Positions 21,388 to 32,747 are shown, counted from the first letter of the stretch. The stretch is DNA of 64,000 nt from Planctomycetota bacterium (GCA_030748635.1 JASMLP010000027.1:1227-65226), one strand, 5' to 3'. Notes: a model not told the origin generated them from the sequence alone. Translations and numbers: made by a program.

Positions 21388-22110
21388 TCACTTGGAATGA
21401 AGAATGCGATCTTGCAGGGTCTCGTAGGCGCCACGTGTCAGTGTCGATACCAGTCGACGTTCGGCTGCCGAAACGAACAGTGTCGCGACAGATGTCGTTT
21501 CGCTCCTCTCCAGAACCGCGGTGTCGATCAGGAATCCTGAACGAGGTTCAAGGAGGTAGGAAGAAATCCGAATCGTCACCTCGAGACGCTCGCTCGGGAT
21601 GAGAAAGAGGCCGAATCCGGTGATGTTGAGCGCATTCCAGGCAGTGGGACTGGCGTGGGATGCGTAATCGAACTCACACACCAAGAGAAGGTCGGCTCGG
21701 GCCTCCAGAGCCGCTTCACGGAGAGACAGCAGATTGGCGGGTCCACGGACCAGGAGGGGGGTCAGAATCGAGGCGAAGGCGAATCGGTCTTTTTGCAGCG
21801 ACAGTTGTTCGAGCAGAGGGCTGAGATGTCGGTTGGGTGTGTGTGAGGGGGGATCGAAGGGGGATTCGGCCGGTATGTGAGCTGGATCGGGGTGGGACCG
21901 TACGATTTCATAAGCGACCAGGCGCGCAGGACGGGGAATCTCCGGGGTCGACTCCGGGGTCGATGCGTTGTCTGTTCGGCGAGTTTCCATAGCCAGATAC
22001 CGCTCCATCCCTCCAGGTTGTCGGGCGGCAAAGTCGTGCCGATGGTTCGAACAACCGAGAAATGTAGATAGCGCCAGCAAGAGAGTAAGGAGTGAAGCGA
22101 GGTGGGGCAT
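21388..22110 (-). CDS. Hypothetical lipoprotein
   Basis: Lipobox FLGC after MPHLASLLTLLLALST; LREAALEARADLLLV; YLLEPRSG. Confidence 0.7.
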   Translation of the reverse strand: MPHLASLLTLLLALSTFLGCSNHRHDFAARQPGGMERYLAMETRRTDNASTPESTPEIPRPARLVAYEIVRSHPDPAHIPAESPFDPPSHTPNRHLSPLLEQLSLQKDRFAFASILTPLLVRGPANLLSLREAALEARADLLLVCEFDYASHASPTAWNALNITGFGLFLIPSERLEVTIRISSYLLEPRSGFLIDTAVLERSETTSVATLFVSAAERRLVSTLTRGAYETLQDRILHSK

Positions 22111-22271
22111 GACCCGACAGCATAGCACGGTTGGGGAGTAGGCACCGGACTTCGATTTAGGGTTCCGGTGTCGCCAGGGAACAGAATCCGGATTTGATCT
22201 CGTGCTGAAGAGTTTTCAAACCTAAGAAATAGATCCTGGGGTTCTGTCGCTTGGGTGGAAGCTGCCAGTTC

Positions 22272-24005
22272 TCAGTCCGTAGGTCGTGCTTCGTTTTCAA
22301 ACCGAATCATTTTTCGTTTCAGGGCGTAACGGCTGATCCCAAGGAGATCGGCCGCGCGGGACCGATTCCCGCCGGTATTTTCCAGGGCACGATGGATCTC
22401 TTCCCGTTCAATTCGTTCCAGAAGAGGGCCCAGATGGCGAATCGTTTCAGAATGGGCTATATCCTGCGACAAAAGCCCCGAGGAGGGGGAATCGAGGACG
22501 ATCTTCTCGAGTGGACCTCCGGAGGGCGCGAGGGCCGCGCTTCGAGCGATTACGTTTTGAAGTTCACGGATGTTTCCCGGCCAGGTGTGTTTGTTCAAGG
22601 CCTCCTGGGCTCTTGGAGTGAATTTCAGGCGGTTTTGTCTGGGTCGGTTTCTGTTTTCGGCTTCAAGAAAATGGTGGGCCAAAAGCGAGATGTCACCGGG
22701 GCGGTCTCGTAGGGGCACCAGGTGGATGGTCATTCCGCTCAGTCGGTGAAAGAGGTCATCGCGAAAGAATTCCATTTCTTGTCCTGGGTGAAGGTTTCGA
22801 TTGCTGGCCGCGATAATCCGGACATCGAAGGGGATGGTGGATTTTCCTCCTACTCTGCGAACCTCTTTTTCCTGGAGGGCGCGGAGCAGTCTGGTTTGCA
22901 TTTGGATCGGCATATCTCCGATCTCGTCCAGGAACAGAGTGCCACCCTCTGCTCTTTCGAAAAGACCAGCTCGATCTTGATGGGCACCGGTATAAGCCCC
23001 TTCGACATGCCCAAAGAGCTCACTTTCGAGGAGAGAGGGGTTCAAAGCGGCGCAGTTTTCCGAAATAAATGGGCCGTTGTGACGAGGACTGGCCCGGTGC
23101 AAGGCGCGGGCTACCAGTTCCTTGCCGGTACCGCTTTCTCCCAGGATGAGGACCGAAAGATCGGTCGGCGCGATGCGTTCCAGTGTCAAGTAAAGTGTCT
23201 CCATCGGTTCACTTTGACCGATCAGGTCGGCAAATCCGTCAGGAGTTCGGAGTCGGGAAGGTCCTTGCTGGAGCAGATGGTGGACCTGGGTCAGCTCTTC
23301 GTTCTGTTCGTCGACGGTGTCCTGGAGGTCTCGATTCACGGTTTCCAGGTGAGACCGGACCTGGTCGTGGAGATAGGCTCGTTCCAGGGCGGTGCCGACC
23401 TGGGCGGCGAAGGCTTCGATCAGCGCGCAGTGAGAAGTGTTGAACGCTTCACGAGAAAATCGGTTGTCGAGATACAGGGCTCCCATGGACGATTTCGTGG
23501 CAGGAATCGGTACACAGAGGATCGAGCGGAGTCGAAGTTCCCGAATGGATGGAATCGATGCCCACTGGGGGTCGGTGGTGGCATTTCCGGTCAGGATCGG
23601 CTGGCCCGTCTGGATCACCTGGTTAGCCAGGGTTGAGCTGATTTCGAGGTCCGGGCTGGAAATGTCTCGCTGGTCGAAATGACGGGCGACCTGGACGCAC
23701 GAAGTTTCATCTCCTTGGGGGTTATAGAGGAGAAAAGCCCTTTCAGCCCCGGTAAATGAAAGGGCGGTGTCGAGAATCTGCTCGAGAAGGTCGGGAAGAG
23801 GGGTTGGCGCGCCCAGCTTACGGCTGATCTCAAGAAGTGAACGAAGGTTCTCGTTGTCGCGCCGAAGAGCCTCGAAAAACGAGAGACCAGCCTTTTCGCA
23901 GGTGTCCAGGAACTCCTCCGCTACCGCCAGATCGCGTTCGGTGGCGATTCCTACGAAGAGATTCTGGGACCGAGCGGTCAATGTTTTTAAGCGTTTACGG
24001 TCCAT
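22272..24005 (-). CDS. Sigma54-dependent transcriptional activator (GAF-AAA+-Fis HTH)
   Basis: [37 protein letters not shown]-terminal HTH. Confidence 0.95.
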   Translation of the reverse strand: MDRKRLKTLTARSQNLFVGIATERDLAVAEEFLDTCEKAGLSFFEALRRDNENLRSLLEISRKLGAPTPLPDLLEQILDTALSFTGAERAFLLYNPQGDETSCVQVARHFDQRDISSPDLEISSTLANQVIQTGQPILTGNATTDPQWASIPSIRELRLRSILCVPIPATKSSMGALYLDNRFSREAFNTSHCALIEAFAAQVGTALERAYLHDQVRSHLETVNRDLQDTVDEQNEELTQVHHLLQQGPSRLRTPDGFADLIGQSEPMETLYLTLERIAPTDLSVLILGESGTGKELVARALHRASPRHNGPFISENCAALNPSLLESELFGHVEGAYTGAHQDRAGLFERAEGGTLFLDEIGDMPIQMQTRLLRALQEKEVRRVGGKSTIPFDVRIIAASNRNLHPGQEMEFFRDDLFHRLSGMTIHLVPLRDRPGDISLLAHHFLEAENRNRPRQNRLKFTPRAQEALNKHTWPGNIRELQNVIARSAALAPSGGPLEKIVLDSPSSGLLSQDIAHSETIRHLGPLLERIEREEIHRALENTGGNRSRAADLLGISRYALKRKMIRFENEARPTD

Positions 24006-24190
24006 CGGCAGGAAAGAACCCGGAGGTTGCGTGGAATAGAAAAACTTCCTGAATCCTACCTTGGGGGGTGCGACAGTTGCCAGCAGGGACTTGACGGATT
24101 CCCCCGCTACGACTTCTAATGTCCGCCCCTGTGGCCCGATGGGTCATATTTGTTGAGGATTGTGCACCGGGATATTTGTCGGAGTTTGCC

Positions 24191-25324
24191 ATGTTGCTAC
24201 GTCATCTGATTTTCATGTCATGGATCGGGCTGGGAATGTCGTTTTTTGGGCTCCAAGCTCAAGAAGAATCCAAATCGAATTCAAATGAAGTCCAGACTGA
24301 AAAAACGAAACTCACACCTCTGATCTATTCGTTAGAAAAAGGGGATGAATTGCGATATCAAATCACGTCGGAATGGTCTCAGGAATCTGGCGGTACGGAA
24401 TCGGATGGCGATGAGGACAAAGCTGCTGATTCGCCAAGTTCGGATCATTCATCAGCCCCTTCTTCCCATCGTCTGGAGCACATGACGGTGGAAAATTGGA
24501 AGGTTATCGATGTGGATGAGAAGGGAAACCGAACCATTCGGATCACCATTGACGATGTGTCGGTGCGAGAGGAGAGCGAAGAGGAGTCCAACTCATTCGA
24601 GGCGAAGGACCTGGATGACGAAGCTCGAAAAGCCGAACTGGCTCGGAAGCCGGGTCTCGCTGTACCGATCGCGATGAAGGGGGAGTCGGTTACGATTCAG
24701 ATCACGCCTACGGGAACCGTCATTTCGGTCCTTGGCGGGGCGAAAATCCGTACCCGGGTGATCGACGCGCTCAAGTCGATCGGTATCGACGAGAAATGGT
24801 CGAAAAAATCGGTCGCTACCTTGCTCTCGGATAAAGCTTTTTCTTCTCGGTTCACCCGTACGCTGGCATTGGGACCGAAGACCGGCGACGGAGTCGCGGT
24901 GGGTCAGGAGTGGAGTCGGAAATTCTCGCGTTCTTTGGGAGCCTTGGGGGAACTCGATGAGGTGGCGCGTTTCAAACTGCATGCTCTGGACGATTCATCC
25001 GCCGATCTGGAGGTTCGTTCTCGGATGGAGTTTCGTCCGGGGAAAGATCAGGATCGTTTGAAAGGTCACGCGGTCGAGATCGAGGTGGATTCCGCTGAAA
25101 CCAGCGGTGGGGCAGAAGTGTTCGGCACCGCCATATTCGATATTCAGCGAGGTTGCCTCAAACGTCGTCGGACCGAGTTGGTGATGACCACGACTTTTTT
25201 CAGCAAAATGGGGCGGGTCAGGCATCGGGAAGTGGTGCGATCCCGGGAGTCACGTAAAATCGAACTCACCCATTTTCAAAAAGCTGGGTCCGAACCTTCT
25301 GTTGGCGAACCAGAGAAGAAATGA
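24191..25324 (+). CDS. Exported beta-rich protein (DUF6263-like)
   Basis: RBS GGAG; signal peptide; LIYSLEKGDELRY, VAVGQEW and FDIQRG pattern. Confidence 0.6.
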   Translation: MLLRHLIFMSWIGLGMSFFGLQAQEESKSNSNEVQTEKTKLTPLIYSLEKGDELRYQITSEWSQESGGTESDGDEDKAADSPSSDHSSAPSSHRLEHMTVENWKVIDVDEKGNRTIRITIDDVSVREESEEESNSFEAKDLDDEARKAELARKPGLAVPIAMKGESVTIQITPTGTVISVLGGAKIRTRVIDALKSIGIDEKWSKKSVATLLSDKAFSSRFTRTLALGPKTGDGVAVGQEWSRKFSRSLGALGELDEVARFKLHALDDSSADLEVRSRMEFRPGKDQDRLKGHAVEIEVDSAETSGGAEVFGTAIFDIQRGCLKRRRTELVMTTTFFSKMGRVRHREVVRSRESRKIELTHFQKAGSEPSVGEPEKK

Positions 25325-25377
25325 TCGATCCTGGACAAGAGGTCGTTCAGGCGGCCTTTTCACTTAGGAGAGTTTTC

Positions 25378-27234
25378 ATGAATTTGCTTTCATCCCGTGG
25401 GCGGCGTTGTTTCGGTATAGCCCTTCTGGGGCTTTGGGCGGTCTCCACCTGGTGTGTGGCCGAAGAGTCGCTAGAAACCCCTTTCGACCCCGCCAGCGCC
25501 TACCGCTCCATTCAATCCAAAGAGTTGATGGAGCATATCCAGTTTTTGGCTTCCGATCAGTTGGAAGGCCGGGATAGTGGAAGTCGGGGTGAACTCGCAG
25601 CTGCTCGCTATCTGGCCAGACAATTCGGTCGGTACGGTTTACGTCCTGTCGGCGATCAAGGGACCTACTTCCAGCATTTTGGCTTTGAGGCCACCCGAAC
25701 GGTAGGAGCGGGTAGCCTGGTGAGATTTGCAGTCGGGGATGAGACAATCCGGGTCGATCCACAGACCGGATTCACTCCCTTCGGTTTCAGCGCCAGCAGG
25801 GAGGTTTCTGGAAAACTCGTATTTGCGGGTTACGGGGTGACCAGCAAGAAGCCGGTTTATGACGATTACTCGGGGATTGATGTGAAGGGGAAGATCGTTT
25901 TGCTTTTGCGGTATGTCCCCCAGTCGAAAGATAAAAACGGCGCCTTTTCACCTTCGCGACGGAATCGTCACGCTTTTTTCATCAACAAGGCGCGAAACGC
26001 GCAGGCTCATGGAGCTCTTGGCGTGATTGTCGTGACCGGACCCGTCCATCAGGATCAAGAGAAGAAGGATCCCTTGGCGGGAACGGTTGGCAATGAAACC
26101 GGGATCGATATCCCTGTCGTCCATATGAAGAGGTCGGTCGCAGAAAAACTGTTCCGTTTCGCTGGCCGGGATCTGCATAAAATTCAGGCGGAGGTTGATG
26201 AGTCCCTGAGTCCTCAATCGTTTGAATTGAAGGGAATCGAGGCTTCTCTTGATGTCCAGGTCGAACGGGCTCAGGTTCGCACCCGGAATGTGGTCGGTTT
26301 TCTGGAGGGGAGTGATCCGAAACTACGAGAAGAGGTTTTGATTATCGGAGGTCATTTCGATCACGTGGGATATGGGCATTACGGATCTCGCCAGGGGCAT
26401 CGAGGAAAAATTCACAATGGGGCTGACGATAACGCTTCTGGAACCAGTGCGATTCTGGAACTTGCCGAGGCGTTTTCGAGACTGGAAACGGCTCCTAGGC
26501 GATCGATTTTGTTCCTCCTGTTCAGTGGTGAAGAGCGAGGACTGCTGGGGTCCAAGTATTACGTGGACCATCCTCTGATTCCGCTGAAAAAGACGGTGGC
26601 GATGATCAACCTCGATATGGTGGGTCGTGGAAAAGGGGACGCGTTTACGGTTTTTGGCACGGGTACCAGTCCTTCCTTCGAGTCGCTTCTCAAGGGGATC
26701 AACGCCCGGACGGAGCACGATATTAAGTACCGCCCCGAGGGAACGGGTCCCAGCGACCATTCCAGTTTCTATCACAAAGGAGTTCCGGTTCTGTTTTTTC
26801 ATACCGGCTTGCATCCCGATTACCACACGCCGGCGGACGATTGGAACAAGATCAATGCTCACGGTTGTGAGGTGGTGACTCGATTTATCTATTTGACCGC
26901 TTACTATCTGGCGGTTGTCAGCGATGAAAGACCGGGTTTTAGTAAATCGGAATCCCCGCGCAAGAAAAGAGTGATGCTCGGTGTGCGGCCGGGCGATTCC
27001 GTAGAAAAAGATGAGGGATTTCGGGTCGGAGAGATTGTCAAAGGGTCTGCCGCGGAAAAGGCCGGACTTCGGAAAGGGGATCTGATCTTCCGGATCGGAA
27101 GCGCGAAGATTCGAAATTTCGAAGATCTGGCAAGCGCTATCGGGAAGTTGAAAATAGGTCAGAAGGTTCCAGTCGAGATTCAAAGGGCGGGGGAACGTAA
27201 AGTGATTTCGGTAACCCTGGGTTCTTCGAAGTGA
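25378..27234 (+). CDS. M28 aminopeptidase with PA and C-terminal PDZ domains
   Basis: GGHFDH, NGADDNASG, GEERGLLGS, NLDMVG, SDH, YHTPADD, PDZ. Confidence 0.93.
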   Translation: MNLLSSRGRRCFGIALLGLWAVSTWCVAEESLETPFDPASAYRSIQSKELMEHIQFLASDQLEGRDSGSRGELAAARYLARQFGRYGLRPVGDQGTYFQHFGFEATRTVGAGSLVRFAVGDETIRVDPQTGFTPFGFSASREVSGKLVFAGYGVTSKKPVYDDYSGIDVKGKIVLLLRYVPQSKDKNGAFSPSRRNRHAFFINKARNAQAHGALGVIVVTGPVHQDQEKKDPLAGTVGNETGIDIPVVHMKRSVAEKLFRFAGRDLHKIQAEVDESLSPQSFELKGIEASLDVQVERAQVRTRNVVGFLEGSDPKLREEVLIIGGHFDHVGYGHYGSRQGHRGKIHNGADDNASGTSAILELAEAFSRLETAPRRSILFLLFSGEERGLLGSKYYVDHPLIPLKKTVAMINLDMVGRGKGDAFTVFGTGTSPSFESLLKGINARTEHDIKYRPEGTGPSDHSSFYHKGVPVLFFHTGLHPDYHTPADDWNKINAHGCEVVTRFIYLTAYYLAVVSDERPGFSKSESPRKKRVMLGVRPGDSVEKDEGFRVGEIVKGSAAEKAGLRKGDLIFRIGSAKIRNFEDLASAIGKLKIGQKVPVEIQRAGERKVISVTLGSSK

Positions 27235-28868
27235 TCGGTTCGACCCTTTGGGAAAAGGTGGTCAGAAAGAATTGGGTGTGTTCGCGATCGTCTTCGAGGA
27301 AGAGGGGCATGTGGTGGAGTCCTCTGGTCCTATGCGTGTGGATGGGGTGTGGGCCGGTGCTCGACCGAACGATCGAGCAAGACGCGCTGGCCAGGATCGA
27401 AAGAGAAGATCTTCGGGCTCATGGGAGTTTGCTGGCTGACGATTCGATGGCTGGGCGATCGGCGGGAAGTGAAGGGGGTCGACGGGCCGGAGACTATATT
27501 GCGGAACGGATGCGAACGTTGGGGCTGGAGCCGGCAGGACCGGATGGTTCCTGGTTTCAGGAGGTACCGTTTGTGGATGCGGTCTCCTTGACAACCACCT
27601 CGCTGCTCAGAGTCCGGATTCAGGAGGAGTGGGTGAGCTTGGAGTTGGGTCGTGATGCGACCGCCTACGGGTGGGGTGGAAATGGCCGTTTCAATGCGCC
27701 GATGGTCTTCGCGGGGTACGGGATTTCCAGTCAGTCGCCGCAATATGATGATTACGCGGGTGTCGATGTTCGGGATCGTGTGGTCCTTGTTTTGACCGGT
27801 GGACCTCGTCTCGGAGATCCCGAAGGGCCCTTCGGAAAGGATCGAAGCGATCACTCTGTCCTGGCCAAGGCCCGACGGGCTCAAAATCTTGGCGCGGTCG
27901 CTTTGCTGGTTATCAGCGATCCGCTGCGTAATGATGGAGATGGTGATTTGCTTACCGGGTTGGGTGGTCCCGGGCCCAAGGTGGATATACCCGTCTTGCA
28001 TGTCAAGCGTTGGTTGGGAGAGAGGATACTCAAAGGTAGGAGTGGCGGTCTTCTGGCGTGGCAGGAAAAGATCGAGAGGTCCTTCCGGCCCGACTCCGCG
28101 GACCTTTCATCGGTCCATTGTGAGGGGCGGATTCAGATCCGTCGGGTTCAGAAGACAACACGGAATGTCATGGGAATGCTGAAAGGTCGGGACCGTTCAC
28201 GAAAAAACGAGGTCCTTCTCCTTGGGGCTCACTACGATGCGATTGGACGTGGACGTTTCGGTTCCAGAACACCGGTTCCCGGTGGACGGGTTCATAATGG
28301 AGCCGACGATAACGCTTCGGGTGTGGCCAGTCTTCTGGAACTGGCAGAAGCGTTGTGTGGGTTGCCACGCTCTCCTAGACGTTCCCTCCTCTTCGTCTTT
28401 TTTGGAGCCGAAGAACGCGGATTGATCGGGAGCACCTACTATGTGGAGCACCCGGTCGTCCCTCTCGAGCAGACGGTGGTCATGGTGAACCTGGATATGA
28501 TCGGTCAGGGGCCGGTTGGGCGTCTTGGGGTCTGTGGAGTGGGTACCGCTCGCGGTTTCGAAGGGTTGTTACGCTCTCAGGCCAGAAAATCGGGTATGAG
28601 GTTGGTGATGGCTCGTTCGGGAATGGCTCCCACCGACAGTCGACCGTTTTATCAGCGAGAGGTCCCGGTCCTGTTTTTCAGCACGGGACTTCACGATCGT
28701 TATCACACGGTGCTCGACGATTGGGAGTGGATCGATCTGGAAGCCTGTCGAGTCGCGACCCGGTTTGTGTTCGGGGTGGTCTGGCATCTGGCAGAAGTGC
28801 GTAGTCGATATCGGTATCAGGCGGGCGAAGGTGTGGATTACCTGAAGGTCTTACGGATGAATCGATAA
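27231..28868 (+). CDS. M28 aminopeptidase with PA domain; probable lipoprotein (start may be at MWWSPL)
   Basis: WMGC lipobox-like; GAHYD, NGADDNASG, AEERGLIGS, NLDMIG, YHT. Confidence 0.92.
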   Translation: MIGSTLWEKVVRKNWVCSRSSSRKRGMWWSPLVLCVWMGCGPVLDRTIEQDALARIEREDLRAHGSLLADDSMAGRSAGSEGGRRAGDYIAERMRTLGLEPAGPDGSWFQEVPFVDAVSLTTTSLLRVRIQEEWVSLELGRDATAYGWGGNGRFNAPMVFAGYGISSQSPQYDDYAGVDVRDRVVLVLTGGPRLGDPEGPFGKDRSDHSVLAKARRAQNLGAVALLVISDPLRNDGDGDLLTGLGGPGPKVDIPVLHVKRWLGERILKGRSGGLLAWQEKIERSFRPDSADLSSVHCEGRIQIRRVQKTTRNVMGMLKGRDRSRKNEVLLLGAHYDAIGRGRFGSRTPVPGGRVHNGADDNASGVASLLELAEALCGLPRSPRRSLLFVFFGAEERGLIGSTYYVEHPVVPLEQTVVMVNLDMIGQGPVGRLGVCGVGTARGFEGLLRSQARKSGMRLVMARSGMAPTDSRPFYQREVPVLFFSTGLHDRYHTVLDDWEWIDLEACRVATRFVFGVVWHLAEVRSRYRYQAGEGVDYLKVLRMNR

Positions 28869-28929
28869 CGGGGCGGAGTCGAGAGATCTGCCCGCGTGAA
28901 CGGTTTCAGGAGACTCTCTGTTAAAGATT

Positions 28930-30201
28930 TCAATCCAGAGTGTGACGTTTGAGTTTCGAGTAGAGAGAACTTCGTTCGATACCCATCAGGCGAGCGGCGA
29001 GACTCTTGTTGCCTTCAGCGATTTGTAATACCCGTAGGATGTGATTCCGCTCCACTGCAGTCAGTTCCAGCGATGCTGGATCGGAAGCGGTGTCCTGGTG
29101 CCAGGACACATCGGGGTGGCCCTGAAACGGATTCTTCTCGGTGTGACCGAGAAGGAGGACGCGATCCACCAGATTGAAAAGTTCGCGGACATTTCCGGGC
29201 CAGGAATAAGCGAACAGTCGGTTGAACGCTTCTTGAGTGAAAAGAGATTTCCAGGAATGGATTTGAGGGTGATTAACGTTCAGATGGTTTTGAATGAGTA
29301 TGGGGAGATCTTCGGTGTGTTCTCGAAGTGGGGGGACGTGGATCGGAATCACATGCAGTCGAAAAAATAGATCTTCCCGAAATCGACCCGCGTCGATCTC
29401 TTCTCGGAGATCAAGGGTGGTTGCTGTCAGGATGCGGGCGAGGTTGGGAATCGGTTGACGACCGCCCACCCGAGTGAATTCTTTTTCGGCCAGAACGCGA
29501 AGAAGACGATTTTGCAGGGAGACATCGAGTCCAGTGATTTCATCCAGGAACAGGGATCCGGTATCCGCGAGTTCAAAATACCCGGGACGTTGCTGATGGG
29601 CGCCAGTGAAAGCGCCTTGCTCATGGCCGAACAGTTCACTTTCAAGGAGGGATGAACTCAGGGTGCCACACGACACCGGGAGGAAAGGAGAGTTTTTGCG
29701 AGCACTATAGGCGTGGAGAGTGCGGGCGATAAGCTCCTTGCCGGTGCCGTTTTCTCCCTGGATAAGAACCGGAAGATCGCTGCGAGTTGCGAGCGCAATG
29801 TGGTCGAACAACTTGCACATACGGGGGCTTTGGCCGACGAGTATCGAGGGAGGAGAGGTCGTCAGGCAGGTTCGGTACACTTCGTCGGGAATGGGGAGGT
29901 CGCTTTTGAGAAAGTAAAACGCTGAACGACCGATCTGCAGGATATCGCCCGGCTGTAAGGAGTGGTGACAAAGCGGGAGTCCGTTGACTGAAATCCGATT
30001 CGATTCGTTGGGGGTCTGGATTTCGAAACCGTTTCCGGCTTTACGGATAACAGCGTGTTCGGAGAGTAGATCTGGATCGTCCAGATGGATGGAGCAAGCC
30101 GGATTTTGGCCCATGCGAAAGGAACGGCCCCGGAGTTGGAAGGACCTCCCTCTCGCTGGTCCGTGAATTCCGATCAGGTGGAAGGCGAGCGCTCGAGACA
30201 T
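28930..30201 (-). CDS. Sigma54-dependent activator with N-terminal FHA domain
   Basis: FHA-like MGQNPACSIHLDD..LSEHA...NGL; GENGTGKE, GAFTGA, WPGNVREL, HTH. Confidence 0.92.
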   Translation of the reverse strand: MSRALAFHLIGIHGPARGRSFQLRGRSFRMGQNPACSIHLDDPDLLSEHAVIRKAGNGFEIQTPNESNRISVNGLPLCHHSLQPGDILQIGRSAFYFLKSDLPIPDEVYRTCLTTSPPSILVGQSPRMCKLFDHIALATRSDLPVLIQGENGTGKELIARTLHAYSARKNSPFLPVSCGTLSSSLLESELFGHEQGAFTGAHQQRPGYFELADTGSLFLDEITGLDVSLQNRLLRVLAEKEFTRVGGRQPIPNLARILTATTLDLREEIDAGRFREDLFFRLHVIPIHVPPLREHTEDLPILIQNHLNVNHPQIHSWKSLFTQEAFNRLFAYSWPGNVRELFNLVDRVLLLGHTEKNPFQGHPDVSWHQDTASDPASLELTAVERNHILRVLQIAEGNKSLAARLMGIERSSLYSKLKRHTLD

Positions 30202-30218
30202 TCTGACTGGGGAGGTTA

Positions 30219-31610
30219 CTACTTCAGGGTGATGTTACGGATCTGGACTTCAGAAGGCGTATGCATGAAGAATGCCGGTTTCGCCGGGCCGTCGAGCGGT
30301 CCGGAAAAACTGTTCGGATCGATGGTCCCGTATTGTTCATTGATCCAGAAGTGGAGATTGCCATCCTGGATAAGGAATATAATTCGGTTCCAGCCCTGGA
30401 TATCACCCTTCTCACGAATCAAATCCGAGAGATTGACGCTGGCGACCGGACCGGAGGCGTTTTGCTGGGTAAAAAGCTGGAGGTGGATGTGGTCCTTGAT
30501 CACTCGATGTTCAAAGGCGATTTGGGTGCAGGTGGAGGGGGTTTGGCTGACCAGAAAGTGATTTTCTGAATCGTCAGACTTTCCGGTAATGGTGGCTTCT
30601 CCTGGAGAACTGGAGAGAGTCCAGTACTTCATCAAGTCATTTTGACCGGCATCGGACCATTCGATTTTGGTTGTCCAGGAAGAGTCTGGCCGAGGTTTTG
30701 AAGGAGGAGATGAATTGGGTGGGGGGGCTTGGGGCGGGCGAACCGTTCGGATACGGGATCGCTCCGATTTGATCTTCTCTTCGATTCGACCGAAATTGTA
30801 TTCGGGGGGGAACTTGCTCCAGTGGATTCGGGCTAGCTGGGTATCGCCCCGAGCCAGAGCCTTATCGGCTCTTTCTTTCTGCTGGCGAAAGAACACCATG
30901 CCCTGTTCTTCATATTTTGCCTTCAGCGTATGGTGACGTTTCTGAGCTTTCTCTCGGTACGGACTTTTCCTGGGCAGGCCACGTTCGGTCCGTAACCAGA
31001 GTGCCAGGATTTCTTGAAAACGGTCCGGGCGGGTCCCTTTCTCCAGCAATTTTTGTTGGGCCTCCATTTCCAGAAAGAGCGACTTGCCGGGAGGGGAACT
31101 GTTTTTTGGGGGGGGCGGTTTCGGTGCGCGGGGGCGCGGTCTGGGTTTTTTGGATGCGGTGTGTTTCGACGAAGAGGATGAAGAGGACGCGGAGGAAGTC
31201 GCGTTCCCTCCAAAAGGGATCTGGGCTTTGGGGGCTCGTTTGAGATAGAGGATAAGGCTAAAAGTGAAGAAAATTGCGCCGCAGGACATCATCAGATAGC
31301 CGATGGCTTTCCGGTCGGACTTTTTGCCCGGTTTGTAGGGGGGGGTCGGTACTCCGCGATTTGATAACGTTTTGACAGAAGGGTTGGAAGCGCGCTTTTG
31401 TGCGGCTCCCCGACCGGTAGGAGGGCGTCGGGGCGCCCCAGGCGCCTGAGGCGCGCTGGCAGGCTGGGTCGGAGATTGCGCTCCGCTAAGGTTGGGCTTG
31501 CACGAGTGGCAGTACGTGACTTCCTGATGAGTGACCGCACGCCCGGATTCGAGTTCTTCGGGAGAAACTCTTTCGCCGCACTGATCGCAATAACGAATAC
31601 GAAGACCCAA
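30219..31610 (-). CDS. Zn-finger, single-TM hypothetical protein with a Pro-rich linker and C-terminal beta-sandwich
   Basis: CDQC...CHSC; TM AIGYLMMSCGAIFFTFSLILYL. Confidence 0.65.
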   Translation of the reverse strand: MGLRIRYCDQCGERVSPEELESGRAVTHQEVTYCHSCKPNLSGAQSPTQPASAPQAPGAPRRPPTGRGAAQKRASNPSVKTLSNRGVPTPPYKPGKKSDRKAIGYLMMSCGAIFFTFSLILYLKRAPKAQIPFGGNATSSASSSSSSSKHTASKKPRPRPRAPKPPPPKNSSPPGKSLFLEMEAQQKLLEKGTRPDRFQEILALWLRTERGLPRKSPYREKAQKRHHTLKAKYEEQGMVFFRQQKERADKALARGDTQLARIHWSKFPPEYNFGRIEEKIKSERSRIRTVRPPQAPPPNSSPPSKPRPDSSWTTKIEWSDAGQNDLMKYWTLSSSPGEATITGKSDDSENHFLVSQTPSTCTQIAFEHRVIKDHIHLQLFTQQNASGPVASVNLSDLIREKGDIQGWNRIIFLIQDGNLHFWINEQYGTIDPNSFSGPLDGPAKPAFFMHTPSEVQIRNITLK

Positions 31611-31728
31611 CCGAATTCTCCCCGCTTATGGTGTCAATTCGGAGACCGAGCGAACCCAGAGGAATTGCTCGGAAAGACGGAAAACGCTACCCATATCGTA
31701 AGAGTATCCGATCCCACTCGACTCCAGG

Positions 31729-32730
31729 TCAACTATCTGGGGAAGAACTTTTTGGTGAATCGGGATCGGGGACGAATCGGGTTCCCTTATCACCCCTCAG
31801 CGACTGCTTGAAATTTTCAGGACAGGTAATGATCCCCAGGGAACCGCCCGAGTCTATGAAGTTACACATGCCTCGGATCTTGGGCCCCATGCTTCCGGGA
31901 GGGAATTGTCCTTCCGCGAGCAACTGTCGGGCTCGAGATGTCGTTAGTGAGTCCAGGGGAGTTGGATTCGCCGAGCCGAAATCGAGCACGACCTGTTCGA
32001 CCGCGGTGGAGATAAGAAATAGATCCGCTTCGAGTTCGGTGGCCAGCAGGCTGCTGGCAAGGTCTTTATCTATCACAGCGGGAACGCCTCGGAGTGTACC
32101 GTCGGCTTTGCGTACGATGGGGATACCACCTCCTCCTACACAGATGACAATCATGCCGACTTCCAAGAGGTGTTCGATGGCTTCGAGTTCGAAAATCGAT
32201 TGAGGTTCGGGGCTGGGAACCACGCGACGCAAACCGCGACCCGAGTCGTCGATCACGATATGACCCCGTTCACGGTGTTTCTCGGCCTGATCGGGGGTGA
32301 GGAAGGATCCGACCGGTTTGGTGGGGTTGTCGAAGGCCGGGTCTTCCCGATCGACCTCGACCTGGGTGATCAATGTGACGACTTGACGATCAATGGTCCG
32401 CCCTCGACGAACAAATTCATTGTCGATCGCTTGCTGGATCATATACCCGATCGAACCCTGGGTATCGGCGTCGATGACATCGAGAGGAGTGGTGTGCACC
32501 TGATCGGATGCGAGTTCGTTGCGCTCCAGGATGAAGCCCACCTGAGGCCCGTTCCCGTGGGTGAGGACAATGGAGTATCCCTCCTCGATAATGTCGACGA
32601 TCGAGCGGGCGGTATCTCGGACCGCTCGCCACTGATGGCGAACGGTGGTGTGTTCCGCGTCGGCTACCAGGGAGTTACCACCGATGGCGATGACGGCGAG
32701 AGGGCGCGATAAGTTCAGGTGAAGTGTCAT
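31729..32730 (-). CDS. arcC: Carbamate kinase
   Basis: AIGGNSL, THGNGPQVG, PTKPVG, RRVVPSP, VIDKD, GSMGPK. Confidence 0.97.
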   Translation of the reverse strand: MTLHLNLSRPLAVIAIGGNSLVADAEHTTVRHQWRAVRDTARSIVDIIEEGYSIVLTHGNGPQVGFILERNELASDQVHTTPLDVIDADTQGSIGYMIQQAIDNEFVRRGRTIDRQVVTLITQVEVDREDPAFDNPTKPVGSFLTPDQAEKHRERGHIVIDDSGRGLRRVVPSPEPQSIFELEAIEHLLEVGMIVICVGGGGIPIVRKADGTLRGVPAVIDKDLASSLLATELEADLFLISTAVEQVVLDFGSANPTPLDSLTTSRARQLLAEGQFPPGSMGPKIRGMCNFIDSGGSLGIITCPENFKQSLRGDKGTRFVPDPDSPKSSSPDS

Positions 32731-32747
32731 GGTGGGCTACAAAGAGA

